In this document: positions 26,784-41,610 of the stretch, piece after piece
Layout: each line of letters begins with the position of its first letter
How positions within the stretch are numbered: the first letter of the stretch is position 1
From: Octopus bimaculoides
Taxonomy: Eukaryota
Direction of reading: 5' to 3'
DNA length: 64,000 nucleotides
Assembly: GCF_001194135.2 (NCBI RefSeq)
Contig: NC_068984.1
Span: forward strand, 66,041,601-66,105,600
Made by a program: the position numbers and the translations under genes
Notes under the pieces: model-generated
Told to the model about the DNA's origin: nothing
Databases searched by the model: none
What the model saw: only the letters and a program-made list of their open reading frames with translations

Positions 26784-27359
26784 CTACATTTACTTGAAAC
26801 AACCTGAGCAGCAAAGAAAGTAGTTTGCAGACACAGTAGGCTATTGAATGGAAGTCTCAAAACACTTCCCTGCCTTGCATTTTATTTACAAACATTCTTT
26901 CAAATAATATTCTTCATTCTAACTTTGAAATACTGATACCAGTCACTCTGCAGAACTAGTGCATCCTTCAGGAATGCTTTTGTATATTTGGAATGTTACC
27001 TATCTAGTTAGTAACCAAATTTGTTAGCCTATGACCACATCTATTTTTAATCAAAATTGTCACCATAAGCAGTATTAACTAGTACATAAGTAACAAACTG
27101 GATGGATCATAAAAGTATTGGCTAGAGCACAACTATAGTATTCATATCAGCTTTCTGCACTCTGAGTTCAAATCCTACCATTTCAAAGTGAATAAATAAG
27201 GGCTGGTGAATTACTGTAATCAGACAAGATGCCTTGCAGCATCTATTCCAACTCATTGAATTACATTCTCATTCTGCCTACATGTCAATAGCAAGGACTA
27301 ATTCCTTAACCACAAGATTGCCACATATGATCTGTATTAACTAGTATGGAGAGGTGTAC

Positions 27360-27456
27360 CTACGCCCAACACAAACAATCCAGCAACAACATATTAAGGT
27401 TTCATCAATCAGTGGATCACCAATGAGTAGGATGAAGTCACCAAACATCCGATAAA
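27360..27456 (-). CDS. Putative internal exon, chain 2 (YRMFGDFILLIGDPLIDETLICCCWIVCVGR)
   Basis: Acceptor ttcattttatggcag|TT; single open frame; GC-richer than flanks and retains CpG. Two overlapping donors: AG|GTACAC (end 27360, phase 2) or C|GTAGGT (end 27364, phase 1). Confidence 0.5.
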
Positions 27457-27558
27457 CTGCCATAAAATGAACATATACACTTATAATCAATAAACTGCAT
27501 TTTACTTTTTTTTATAATTGCTATCTAATTTTTTTTTTCAATTATTTTCTCAAGTTAT

Positions 27559-27639
27559 NNNNNNNNNNNNNNNNNNNNNNNNNNNNNNNNNNNNNNNNNN
27601 NNNNNNNNNNNNNNNNNNNNNNNNNNNNNNNNNNNNNNN
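27559..27639. other. Assembly gap (N-run)
   Basis: Run of N with a TA repeat on its right, about 100 bp upstream (transcript sense) of exon 27360-27456. Confidence 0.99.
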
Positions 27640-29296
27640 TATATATATATTTGTTATGTATCATGGAAAGTACCAGTAGAAAAATATCTTTCTGTTACAC
27701 ATATTGAAAATGAACATTCCAAACTAAACTATAATCACTTACTGAAACTACAATGATAGAATAATTTTTTAAATAGACGTGAAACCTTTCAAAATGCTAT
27801 GAAACATGTCAAGATAAGAAGTTTGTATTAGTGAACATAATATTTTTCTATGATATTTATGTGAAATATAGATGTATACCAAAAAAAATCTAATTTGCTA
27901 CAAAAACATGAAAAAGACATTGCAATAAAACCTTAAAAATGAGAATATGATGGAAATAAAATGTTACATTATTAGTGGATTAAATATTTCATTTTTATAA
28001 CTATAACTTCCAATATTTGTAGGTGTACTGAATTATGTCTAGTGCAAATATATTATTTAAATCAACCCATAAGAAAAATTACCAAAAGCATACACATATG
28101 TAAGACTCTTATCTTGTAAAGCTATACACAACTAACATTATCTTTTGAAAGAAATGTAGGTGGATTGTTCATGTAGCAATCAGAATTGAAGGAACACTGA
28201 AGTTATGCCAACGTGACAAAATAAAAATCATATCTTGTTAGGTTACCAAACAAGCTGTCATAGATAAGTGTGAATTCACAAATACAACACAAATACAACG
28301 CACACATGCATATACAAAAGTGTGTTATTCAATGAAAACTGCTTTAGGAAAAGAAGTAAGGATCTACTAATTTATCATTGAACTGGTACTTGATAAAAGT
28401 CAAAATTCTAGCCAACAGCTTCAAAATACCAGCCAGTGCTAAGTTAATTTAATTCATATAATATTCCCATGCATATCTTTTTCACTGTCTACACCTCAAT
28501 ATTCCAGAATGTCCTTTAGTTGAATCAATCCACACAGATGATATATTTCTAGAGTTTGACTTACATACACTCACTAACAAAATCACTTGGCATTTTGTCT
28601 TAGTCTGCTCTTGAGTATACAGCCAATAGGTTTTTCAGCATTGTAGGTTGCAAATCATATGACTAAACCTGATGACCATTTGCTCAGTATTATTTAACAT
28701 CTAGCAGTTTGAAGATAGGGCCTTGAAGTAAGCAGTCAAATAAGACTTCTGGTAGTAAAGAGCTTCTTACAGATACTTAACTGTAATACTTTTTACTATT
28801 ATACTTGTATACATCTACTACTACTACTACTTCATTACTAGTATGAAGAAACTACAGAAGTGAACAACAAAATAATTTTGTGTTATGTTAGTGTTGTCAC
28901 ATAGTCAAAGATCATTTCTTTTGGTTTATTTATATGGTATTTATGATAATTTCTCTTGTTTCTCAAAAACTATATATGTTTGTTTGCTTCTTACATGTCC
29001 CTAAGGTTCAATACAATCTATGATTGTAGAACATATATGCAGAATGACCAGGAGTCAAGGAGATGCTTCACTGTGGTGAAAGTTGTTTTCTAAATTGCTG
29101 GCAATGTTAACACAGGCTCTTCAATTCATTTTGAGGATTATGTTTTAAGAGATGCCAACAAACCTTCACAAGCACAAAATAGTTGTTTGCAAGTACACTT
29201 CTTATTAATGTGCATGTTGATTTTGTTCTGTCATTAAATATCAAGAAGGAATGTTAAATATTTTCAGAAGAAAAGAATCCAACCTTCTGATTTACA

Positions 29297-29447
29297 TAGG
29301 GCCATCTTAAGAGGTGAGCACACTGGGTAGTTGCCCAGGGGCTTCACAAGTGTAGGGACCCAATTCTGATCTCTGTTAATAAAAAAATACTCAGGGCCCA
29401 GAGCACTGATTTGCCTGGGGACCTATAAAGCTGCTGAGACAACCCTG
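29297..29447. mobile_element. hAT-type MITE
   Basis: 8-bp TSD GATTTACA (29289-29296 and 29448-29455); degenerate TIRs TAGGGCCATCTTA / TGAGACAACCCTG. Confidence 0.8.
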
Positions 29448-31432
29448 GATTTACAGCTTACTATTTTCCAGTGAAAATCATACAAATGTATTGTAAAAGT
29501 TCAGATAGAGTTTTTCTCCCACACGTTTATGTTTAAGTCAAAGAGACTATATTGTTTTGAAAGCAGCTATTGCCAGAAATTTTCATCATTACTGAGAAGA
29601 AATACGAATTTTTTTTCTATTTTCTCCACTTCCTGCCAATTTTGTTGTCTCATAGCTGATAGTGGTAAAAACTCCATTTTCTCTATAATTACATAAAGGA
29701 CCCACTTTCTAAGCACCTCAGGAGCTGTCAATTTCATGACATAGTGACTCATTCTACAAGCACACCAGGTGCTATTAACACCTATAATACTAACGTATCT
29801 CAGCAGAGTTTATCAATATTTGAGATAATGCTACTATCACAAGTATACGTTATGTCAAGAAGCATTGATTTTGATAAATATGAAAATATAACTAAATATT
29901 ATTCAATTTTCAAAGGTATTTTTTATCTACCTCCTAAACCAATTATTCTCTGTGTATCTTTCTATATTTTTACTACTTAATTAAAAAAAAAGTATTATCC
30001 AGTCTTTATTACACATTATGCAGATATGAGTGCAACAGCACTGGAATAAAAACTATAGTATGAAATGGAATTTAATAAGATTGCCCTTTCGTATAGAGTT
30101 TACCAGTTTACCAAAACAGAATTAAATATACTAAGTCCAGCAATAATAAAACCAAAAAGAAAATATAAATTTTTATTAGCCTCATTAATCAATTTAAATG
30201 GCCGAACATTTAAGCATAAACTCAAACAGGATTGGAATAAGATGTCTGTACTTTTGATACCCTTCAATACCTTGATTATCAACTGCTTAGGGATAAATTA
30301 ATAAGTAAAAAGAAATTAAATAACACTACATGAAAATCTGAAGAAAATCAAACTAAATGTCACCAGACAGAACAAGACTACCAATTTTGCTTCTGAAACC
30401 ATTTAAATTGAATGTGTGTAATTAATGATGGCTCTCTTATCACACTTCCTGACAGAAAGAGAGAGGAGTGCTAAATTTACAAACTTCACTGGAACATACT
30501 AATTTTGACATATCACCTATGACTCACAAAATTAATCACTGTTGCACAAACTTCTAAAGTGATCTTTTTGTACAATTTCTAAGCAGTGTTTATAATACTT
30601 GTGTTGATACAGGTTGCATGTTGTGCATATTTGCTGCTACATCAAATGACTTAACTCAGTAGTCACATAATCAGTTCTAGTTAAAGCAGTTTGATGCAAG
30701 AGCTTGATTCGTGCAGTTAAATAAGGCACAATTACAATCTTAGTATAATGAATACCTTATTGAGAAACCTCATTACTTAACTTGAACAAATTCTTACTAG
30801 ACTCATTCTAGAAGTATTCACAGTGAACAGTTTTCCTATGTTTGGTTTAATACCTTGAAAGTTCAAATCCTGGCATAGTTCAACTCTCAGGTCAATAACA
30901 AGAATCAGTGATACTTTTGATCTAAAATTGGAAATGGAGTTTTGTCCGAACCTACCTGTGCATAACTGATAATGACAGAAATTCTCTCAGGTCATCTTTG
31001 GTTTTAATAATCAAAATAAGTTCAAAACTGTTATATTTGTTGAATATACTATATACAGAAATAGTTTCAATCCAATTCCAGCACAAGAATTTCAGTTTCC
31101 TTGCCCATAAATGGTATCAAAAAATCAAACAAATACATTCTACTTGTAGTATTTCTGTAAGTTTTAATAACTAATTAAATCAAATAATTTCATGGAAGTC
31201 TTGGAGGCTTGTAAGTACAATAAATATATAACAAATAAAGAATATTGCATTTGCGATAGAATTTTATACTTATTCGAATTTTCTAAACAATTATACAGAA
31301 TAAACATTGTGCATCACTACCATAATTGTTAACGTTTTAAAGTTTCTTAAGTCTGTTTGTCATTGTGAGAAGTTTCAAAATTCTTGGCCAAAGTTCTTCT
31401 TTAAGGAACAAGAAAAATTGATTTGTCCTCAA

Positions 31433-31652
31433 CCCTTTTGTTACCATGCTGGCTGAAACCGACTCTGGCTCTGAGTACAAATGTCTTGTTTTCATAAGTT
31501 TTGAATAAAAATCTTCCACCAGTCCTTAGTCACAATTTATGTTCCTAACACTAGCTGAACGATTATTAAGTTATTTTACTAATTTTTTTGTTATATTTAA
31601 AGTAATTAAAAGAAACACAGAGCATCTAAAAATAAATTCAGTAACAAAAGGG
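31433..31652. mobile_element. piggyBac-type MITE
   Basis: TIR CCCTTTTGTTAC / GTAACAAAAGGG; flanks TCAA and TTAA. Confidence 0.75.
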
Positions 31653-34600
31653 TTAATCTATGAGAATTTGGACTCTATGAAGAATGTCAGGAAATGGCAG
31701 GCAGAGTTAGTAGTTATGTGAACATGGAAGTGGTCAAAGAAAGAAGAGAGGAAAAATTTGTGAGACAGTGAAACGGAGAAAGAGAATAAGAGCAGTGAGT
31801 GAGGATGAGAAGAAATGAAGTTTAAGATTTCCTTTACCAAATTTCTATTGAAAAGCATTGTTCTTTCAAATAATGAAGAATTTAGTAAAATAACTCATTA
31901 TTGAATGAAATCCCTTTAAAGCAGGAAGTTTAAGTTACAGGACCAAAAGTCGTCTCAGTTTGGTTGATATCAAAAGAGTTAAAGCAGTAAGAAATACTTT
32001 TGGTAACAAGAGCAGCGACTACAATAGAGAAAAAACTTCTCAGAAATAGTATTTACATATATGCACAAACACACACATGGATAGAAGTACTACTATAATT
32101 CTTTTTCAACCAGATTAACTGGCATTGTGTTTACCCAATTTTTTATATGAATATCAATTGATTATCTCAGAAATTATTGAAGCTTAAATGTTGAAGTTCA
32201 TTATCAATACTGAATTCTAATTTGACACAAACTGGTAAATTAGAGGGGAGGGAGAGTTGATTACATTGACCTGCTCAGCAGGTGTGTGTTGACCTGAACA
32301 ACATTTAAACTCAGAAGGTGCCATAACATGTGCCTCTGAATATTTTCCCTGATGCTCTAATAATTATGAAACAAATTAAAAACAAAAATATTTTCTGCAT
32401 ATATTTTAAAGTTTGCTTTTTTTTCCTCTTTTAGATAGGTGTGAAGCCAAACCCATAGCCATTTACAAGACCTATGACACTGGTGAGAGAGAGGGAAGAA
32501 GGTATTCTTAAATTGGAGACATGACTGCAACAGAGTAGACTCCACTAAAAGTTCATCATATTAAATTGGACAATGGATTATGTTCAGATATCAAATTGGG
32601 CAATGGATTATGCCTACCACTCAGACAGAGCAACAATAGCATTTGATTTCAGAAAAACAGAGAACTAAGCCAAATACAGCAAGGCATTCAGTCTAATATT
32701 TTTACATTTTTACCAATCCACCAACTTAGATTAGTAACATTTTATCAATCCCCAAATGGATGAAAGGCAAAGTTTAACAAGACAAGATTTGAACTCAAAA
32801 CACAGGACGTTAGAACAAATAGCATGAGACATTCTATCTAACACTCTAATGAATCTGCCAATATGTCATTTCTTTAGTAAGTTATTAGGATATGTGCTGG
32901 AAAAGCTTCAGGATATACAAAACACATCAGTTACACAAATACAAAATAAATGTAGAAATATAACTGACATAAGAAACAAAAGCCAATAACAAATGCACTG
33001 AAGAAATAATTTAAACAGCAACTAAATTCATCCCAAGTATTGGTTACTATCATAATTAGTAGTGTAAAATACATTAAAATACTGAGCACGTAAACAGAAA
33101 ACAATTTCTTTTTCTTTTCATTCAATAACATTTAATTAATGCTGGATCACAAATATTTTCATTTGTGTAATGAAGTAGGTGAAGTGCACATAGAACATAA
33201 ATCTTGTTTTTATTTATTTATGTTTTTTAGTTTCTTAATTGTCTTTTACAGTTTTCAATGTATAATTTGAATGGTTGCAACAAACTTTATTTTGTCAATA
33301 TTTTATCTATAGGTGCAGGCATAGACATGTGATTCAGGAGATCACATTGCAAGTTCATGGCTTTGAGCTCAGTCCAACTGTACAACACTTTGAGCAAATG
33401 CCTTCCTGTCTAGCTTCATGTGCACAAGTGTCTTCTGAATGGAACTTAATAGAAAGGAACTGTGCAGAAGTGTGTGTGTGTGTGTGCATGGTGTACCGGT
33501 GTAAAACAGTGTGTCCCTTTATAATAAAAGGTAACTTATTCACTGTAGTATATAGGCTAAAAACTCTTGAAGCTAATGCCACAGTTTAATGATTGCAACT
33601 ATTAAAAGTGTAAAATAACATAATACTCAATAACAATGTAGTTTTGATTCAGATCAATGCACACACCAAGCTTTTCTAAAGCTACATCACACTACTACTA
33701 AACAAATGATAAATATGAATTTACATCAGAACAGATTTAGAAAATATTAGAAAAAGAGAAAAATAAAAGAGTACGAAGTATAATTTTTTTAAGCTCATCA
33801 AAAAGTAGTCTAATACAAGTATTCTAGTAATAGACTAAAAGTTTAAAAGCTGGTCTATAATTCTAATTATGATTATTGCAATTAAAAAAAAAACTGCAAA
33901 AATAGAAAAGAAATGTCATTTCTAGGAATTTTTCTAACTTCCTAAGATTAGATATTTTGTATCTAATATAAAAGAAAAAAGCAATTTTGTATAAAGAAAA
34001 AGTGCCAAGTATACAGAGAAAAAAATGTAAGTAGATAAAAAATTGAAATAAAATAAAATAAAAATATTTTTGAAGTGTAAGAACTCATTGATATTTCCAA
34101 AAAGGGAACATTCAATTAAAATTTTGAAAATTCACTAAAATATACTAAAGTAGGTCTTCCTCACCAAAAAAGAGAGCAGACTTAGATCTTAGTAAATTGG
34201 TATTTATTCTTAAAATAGTAATAGTGTTTACAGAGTAACTAATCAAAATTACTTGAATGTCAATATTAAAATGTATATAATAATTTCAAGTGTCTCTAGG
34301 AGTAATTAAATAGATGTGTATTCTTATATTAATTGAAATAGATTAAAAATAAAGAACTTAATTAGAAATCTGTCACATAAGTCTACATTCCAAGAGAATA
34401 AAGAATCACTCATTAATTCAACAACTACAATAATAATAATTGTTTCTAATTTAGGTCCAAGGCTAGTAGGGTGTAGGAAAAGTACATTATATCAACTTCA
34501 GTACTTGACTGGTACTAATTTTGTTGACCCTTAAAGGATGAAGGGCAAAGTTGACCTCAGCAGAATTTGGAATCAATAACAATGCAGATAAAAATCCAGA

Positions 34601-36169
34601 TAAAATATTGCAAATCACTTTTTTCTGATGCAAAGTATGTTTTTTTTTAATTCTGTGAACTCATTTCCTTCAATAACAATTATAATACCAGTTTCTAATT
34701 TAGACATAAGGGTAACAATTTTAGGAGGAGTTTGTCTGATTACTGTGACCATAGTGCTTGATTGATACTTCATTTTATTAAACACTTCTGAGATGAAAAG
34801 CAAAATACACATCAGAAAATTTGAATTCAGAACCCAGAAAGCTAGAAGAAAGCCGACAAGGTCTTTTTTCTAATGTTTTAATGATTCTGCCAGCTCACAA
34901 CCAGTTTCCAACATATGTAAGGCCAGAGATTTCTGAGAAGTGGTCTTCTAAAAAGACTCCGTCTGACTACATTATGTTATGTCATCTCTATGCTAGCAGA
35001 CTACCCATACTGTGTCGCAATGTTTAAAACAAGCTAAAGATCAATGTCACAAACCAAAGTCCTGGATGTGGCCACTGTAGTTTAAATCATCATCATATAC
35101 TTCATTACCACCCTGTAGTTTTGTGTGGTGGGAGGTATACCAAATATACTTTTCACCTCATTTCATCTTCAGTATTAAGGGTGACACACACATTCCCATG
35201 TGCTCTTCTCAGATCAATAGAACATTGTTCAACATATTTTCTGGGGCTTTTGTCTTTTGTAGTCATATGGAAACTCCTTCCACTTTTGAGAAGCAGTGAT
35301 ATGTTACTTTCTAGCTTGTTATTTTCCTAAGGTAGAGAAGCAATTTCTTGTAAAATACTTCCAGTATGTTTTATTTTTTATCCCTTAAAGTTTACCTATA
35401 TCTACTGACTTTTTCAGACTTACCATTTTAGCAAAGTTGTTGTTTAAAATGTTGTCTATTGCCATTTGTGTGTGTCAAGCTGCAAATGTTTGTTTTTATG
35501 TCTCTATACAACTATGATTTTCTATTTCAATATTTCATACATATGCTAAATATTGGGAGGTGGAGATGGGTAAAATATGTATTGTTACATGCTCAATGAG
35601 GTTATTCTGCCATCCTATCAGTGAATGCCTGGCTTACAAATATATTCTTTTGAAAACTGACAGCAAGAATGTTTGCTTCAAGTCATGTTATCAGATACAA
35701 CTTAGAAAGTACCATCACCTCATTGTCTGGAAGATAAAAACCAGTAAATTCTTTCATGTACCTTAGTAGCAGCATAGTTTGAACATAGACAGATGTTCAG
35801 CTACATATCAGTAAAACTTTGACAACACTTAAATGTCTCTGCATAATATTAAAATATAAGCACACAGATAATATGTAAAAGAACTTCTTCCATTCATTGT
35901 TTCAATCTGTGTTACTTTATGGCTGTTTTAACTGGACTACCTAAAAAATAAAAACAAATTAAACTATGCTGGATAGTACCTATACATGCATGTTTCATGC
36001 TATTTCGAATGTGACACAGATTTAAAGCCTTCCTACCTGAAACTACCAAAATCATCTAATATCAACTGACCATATTGTCTCAGATTACCCAGTCTTAGTC
36101 AAAAGAGAAAATAATCTACAGGCATGGCAAAGTTAAAGCTTTCATGAACTAAAATTATACCAGCATTAC

Positions 36170-36570
36170 AAAATACCAGAAGAAAAGGTGATAATAATAT
36201 ACACAAAACATCTCAGAGACTGACATAGACCGACATAAAGGGACTGACACAACGGCCATACTCTGTGATATGCCAATTCTCATAAACAGAGGTATAAACA
36301 AGGAAAGGTATACTTCTTAAGCAAACTAACAGTCCCAGTAAGTAAAATGCACCTCTAAACAAATGAAAAATTTATCCAGATATAAAAATGTAGAAAGAGA
36401 GATAACTAATAAGCAATCATCATAATACCAAGTGCTTTGAGAATGATTTTGAGAAGTTACCAATAAATACATAATCACATCTTTAGGACTTATGCATACA
36501 CATGAAGATAGGAAATTAGCACTTCTAGGCATATATTATGTTGAGTACAAGAGAAAATAGACGAAACAAA
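36170..36570 (+). mobile_element. Highly decayed R4/Dong-clade REL endonuclease fragment
   Basis: …AILCDMPILINRGI…EKLSRYKNVEREI…ALLG: same domain order as the 5776-7047 copy. Confidence 0.6.
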
Positions 36571-36784
36571 ACCGCATGTACCAAAGGTACACAGAGGTGC
36601 AGTTAGTTGAGAAGTGAAGCATGCAATAAAAATAAGACAGTGAGAAAATAATACTATTGTTCTGAACATCATAATCAATTTGCCATTGCAACTTCCAAAA
36701 TTGTTCTATTTTGATAATTTTCTATTCTAATAGAATTTTAATAATTAAAACAATATTTTAATAATTGAGTTTTCTATATTTTAT

Positions 36785-37182
36785 TCTTTTATTTGTTTCA
36801 GTCATTTGACTGCTGCCATGCTGGAACACGACCTTAAGGGGTTTTAGCTGAACAAATCAAAGCCAGGAATTATTCCTTGTAAGCCTAGTATTTATTCTAT
36901 CAGTCCCTTTTGCTGAACCACTAAGTTACAGGGACATAAACACACCATCATCAGTTGTCAAGCAATGGTGGTGGTTGGGGGGGGGGACAAACACAAACAC
37001 AAACACACAAATATATACATATATATATACGATGGGCTTCTCTCAGTTTCCATCTGTCAAATCCACTCACAAGGCTTTGGCTGACCTGGAGCTACAGTAA
37101 AAGACATTTGCCCAAGGTACCACACAGTAGGACTGAACCCAGAACAATGTGATTGGGAAGAAAGCTTCTTACCACACAGCCA
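36785..37182 (-). mobile_element. SINE family A, full-length, older
   Basis: Reverse complement of 16354-16760 along its whole length. Confidence 0.88.
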
Positions 37183-38780
37183 GTAAGTATTTTTTAGGTA
37201 TATCATCAATATTATAGAGAAATAATATAATCCATGAACTAATAACACTCTAGCAATAGTACTGTTTGTTTTAAGTGGGTTATCTCACCTTCATAGTGGT
37301 ATGTATCTAATAAGTCTAACAAGCCATCTAGTCAGTTCATAACTCCAAACTGCACTAACATTTATTACAGAGAATTATATGGCCAGTAAACATATGCACA
37401 CTTATTCCCAATATATTTGTGGTTTTGTGTCTAAAGAATATATTAATAAAACAGCAATTGAATCAAGAGCAATATTTTACACATTTGCTACTTTAATTTC
37501 ATTATTTCATTATAATACAAATGAAAATAAGAGATTTTACACCAAAATTATAATACCTGTGATAGAGTTATTCAGATTATCTCTTTATAACTATCTGAAG
37601 AGGAGAGGGGAATTATTTCTGAACACTTCAAAGAAAATAAAATTTAAACTCATTTAGCATAAAATAATTTCAACTAATTGCTAATTTATTGCAGAACTTA
37701 TATTCAGTCAATGTTGGACAGAATAGAGAGTTAACTAAAAGCTGTTAATTTGAAATAGCATCTATTTGAAATGTAAAATAAAACAAAAAAATAATATAAT
37801 ATAATTTAATCATTGAACTTACATTGAAAACTGTATGTGATCTACTTTTATTAAATTAAGGAAGCTTAATTTAAAGAATTTATCTTAATTTAAAAGAAAA
37901 ACCTAGCCTTTTATTTCATTAAATTTAATTTCAAGCCTTCAATAGATATTTAACATTCAAGATAAAGAATTTGATAGAAATTATTTTAAAAGAATAGGTT
38001 TCTTTTTAAGATAAATCAATACGTAAACTGGATTTTAAATGGTTTTAAGAAAATTTGTTTTACAATGGAGATATGATTAAGCAGTGAGGAAACTAGTTTA
38101 ACATTTTATATGAATATTTTTAGAAAATTTTCTACTAAATTTATGCACAAAAGATACAAGTTTTAAAACTAGAATTCTAAATCAAAGTTGGGAGTTGAAT
38201 TTTACATGAGGTTAATACAAAATTTCATTTGACCAGATCAATCATTCTTCATAGTTTAGTAGTACAATAATAATGCAAAACACATTAGTTTATATTAATA
38301 TAGTTTTATTTATCATTTAATTTTAAGATATATATCCTGAAATTAATTATGTCTTATGACTATGTATTTGTTTTCTATATTTATGCATTTAATACATGGT
38401 ATAGCAAAAGCATCAAGAAGTAAGTTTAACATTAGGTTGTATACAATCCTGTTATTAAAAAAAATATCAGTTCCATTTCTGGAATACAATCTATCAACCT
38501 AATTGATACCAAATAAGTGAGTGCAACACTTTGTTATCCTATTTCAAAATTTAAATTAGAACCACTTTAAACACAGGATTTCACTGTATGCACATAAATA
38601 CTGTAGTATCTTGTGATACTAGTTTGTGAACTAGTTTTAATTTCTTTTTTTATTCTATATGCATTTATGTACATATGAAATCAGAAGATGGTCCAACTTT
38701 GTATTAATAGAAGAAGCCATTCAGTTTCTATTTCTCTCAAAAGAACTGAGAAATACCAACACTAATAAATTTGATTCATT

Positions 38781-38783
<3 letters not shown>

Positions 38784-38836
<53 letters not shown>
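38784..38836. repeat. Pure (TA)n microsatellite
   Basis: Directly visible. Confidence 0.95.
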
Positions 38837-38843
<7 letters not shown>

Positions 38844-41610
38844 ATATGAAGAAGAAGAATTAATAATATTTATAAGCTACAACCTCTGTGGTATATGTCC
38901 TATGCAACAAGTGATGTCTTAGTGTCCCACCATTTTCACCAGTTTTATTAAGACCAATTAGAAACCAGCATTATGTCAACCATTTTGACAATATAAACGG
39001 AAGCTCAAAACTGTTCTCTCTGAGTTCTTTGGCTATGCCTCAACAGAATGCTTTTTTGAGTAATGACTGTTCTTGCTCTCTCCACATAGAACTATACAAG
39101 TGGAAACAGTCTTTTCCACTTTTATTCAACTAACCTCAATACAAAATATATTTCAGTCAAAGTAAATGCAAAATTTTTATCTCTTTCACCCAAGTTATAT
39201 GAGTTAATAACACAATATTCTATAATATGAATTACTTAACTTATGAATATAGATATGGACGTATGTACAGTAAGTCTTTTCTACAACATTTTCTGTACAA
39301 TCCAAAAATCCTCACTTTTATCAATGTTGTAATTGGAAAACTATATATATATTATTTTATTTATTTTATAGGCATTACTATTCATTTTTAAGCCTGTACT
39401 AAAGAACCTTTGTCAGAACACATGCTGTTGAAATACTTTAAATTATAGTACCACTAAGCCAGAAGAAGCTTGCATTTCTGTTATATATAACATAATGAAA
39501 AATATATATGTAAATTTACTGCTGTTATCTCAGCAGTGCATTCTGTTTTTTTTTCCTATCTACCAAAGTTTATGAAGTATGACTATATGTAAAAACAAAT
39601 TTCCATTAAGGTCAAAGAGAGACTTATCTTTTATTTGGGAAAAGGGAAAAAAAGAAAATGAGATGATGTAATATTCACTGAATAAGTGTATGTGTGTGCA
39701 TGTTTGTATCTATATGTGTGATTATGTAAATCCAAATGAGCATGTGTAGAAAAAATCACTATTTTGAAATCTATACAAGTTATTATTGCATGATTATCTT
39801 TCCTCCTTAGAGGATTATTTTATTAAAGCTACAGATAATTTTTGAATGAACTATTATTTTCTTGAATTGAACATTTTTCTGTTATAGCTTTTAGGTGCTA
39901 TTTTCAATTTTACTTTCATTAAAAAGACACCATAGAGCACAGATGATCAATTCAATAAGTTACAGAACAATCAGTTCAAAGTCATGTAGTTCATATCACA
40001 AACAGTGTATTGTGTTCATAAGCAAAGAACTAATTAGAGGCACAAAATACAGGATGATATAATTCATTATTACAAGCAATTATTATAATACATAATTGTT
40101 AAGTGATTGTCATTGGATTGCAGGGAAATTTATCTATAATAAACTTGTAGTTTATCCCAGTGGGAAAAAAACTCTCCCATCCAGAGAGAAATCATAGTTA
40201 AGAACAGACCTAATAAAATGCAGTAGTCTGAGATGGGACATATCAGAATTCAACTGTTTCTTGCCACTATTTTGTTATTTCTGCTTTGCTTTTTATTAGA
40301 AATAATTATTTTTATTAATTTGTAAAGCAGCGAAGATGACTCGGGTAATTTAGTATTAAACTAAATGTCTAATAGTATTATTTTCTTCACTCTAAATTCT
40401 TAGTTAAAATCTCACTTGTCATCGATCCACACTCAGAAAAATGAGGTATCAGTAATGTATTGGGATTGATTATCCCGAATACAAAGCTCCCTTACAAACA
40501 GTGATCATTGTATTCAGCCAAAAGAAAATAATGTCAGTAATATTATTGTACATTTTTACCCTACTGCAAAATTAAAACTTCTTTTAAACCAAATATATCT
40601 GTTTGATTATGAAGCATAACAAAATTAAATTGGATTTTCTTTATTCAACATTATATTTCACTTTTAGTTTTGCTATTGATAGAAATGAAATCTTTGAACA
40701 AGTGAAGCAAGTGCTTCTACCAATGGATTGTGTCTCCATTGGCAATTTCAATCAAAACATGCATTGATTTATTTTATAACACATGGGGAGCAGTTGTCTT
40801 GAAATAGCATTATAACTTAAAATTATTATTGCTTTTGTAAACAAAACTCAGCTCCAATCCATTTTCATTATTAAGATTTTAATTTGTTACTCTTCCAGAT
40901 ATCAGTGAATATCATCTGAAACAAATAGCATCTCAAATCCATAACTTAATATTTCTATTCATCAAATTACAGATTTATCTGATAAGTGTGAATAAAAATG
41001 TATCAAGTATAATGATTATGAAGTTCAGTGTCATTGTTGGCTGAAATTATAACAATCATTATGCACATGCTCAAATTCACACACTGCACACAACTTCATA
41101 TGGACACACACACATATGTACATGTACATCTGCACAAATTCATGCATATCCATGCATACACAATTGAGGATTAATCGAGAATTAATGAAAGAACATCAGA
41201 TTTATGCATGGAAACTTTACTTAAGTTCTTTTAATTACCGTCGTTGTGTACTCTAGTCTTGTTTCTAGTTTTAATTAATAAATTAAATCTGTGCTCTAGA
41301 AGCTTAATTGATTGATGCTTCTAGGTATTTACTAGATGTGAATTTAAGTCCTACCTAACACTTATGTTTCTCATTGTCCTCTATACCAGTATCCACTCTA
41401 ATCATGCACACATGTGTGTGTGTAAGTATTTATCTATCGACCTATCTCTCTGTATATATATATATATATACACATTTTCAGTTTAATATATAGTTTCATA
41501 AAATCATGTGGATATTATGGAAAGCCTCTCTTCTAATCCAATGCAGAGTTCTATATAGCTGAAATCTAGGAGATCCGGTCTTTGAAATTATTTTATGAGA
41601 AGTCTACAAA

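Noticed and set aside
29567-29752. ORF possibly from a DNA transposase
   Set aside because: No diagnostic motif or terminal repeat that I can recognise.
27740-35660. Extra small minus-strand exon candidates near 35640, 35410, 30955 and 27740
   Set aside because: GTAAGT-like donors are frequent in AT-rich DNA, and these could not be linked in phase to exon 27360-27456.
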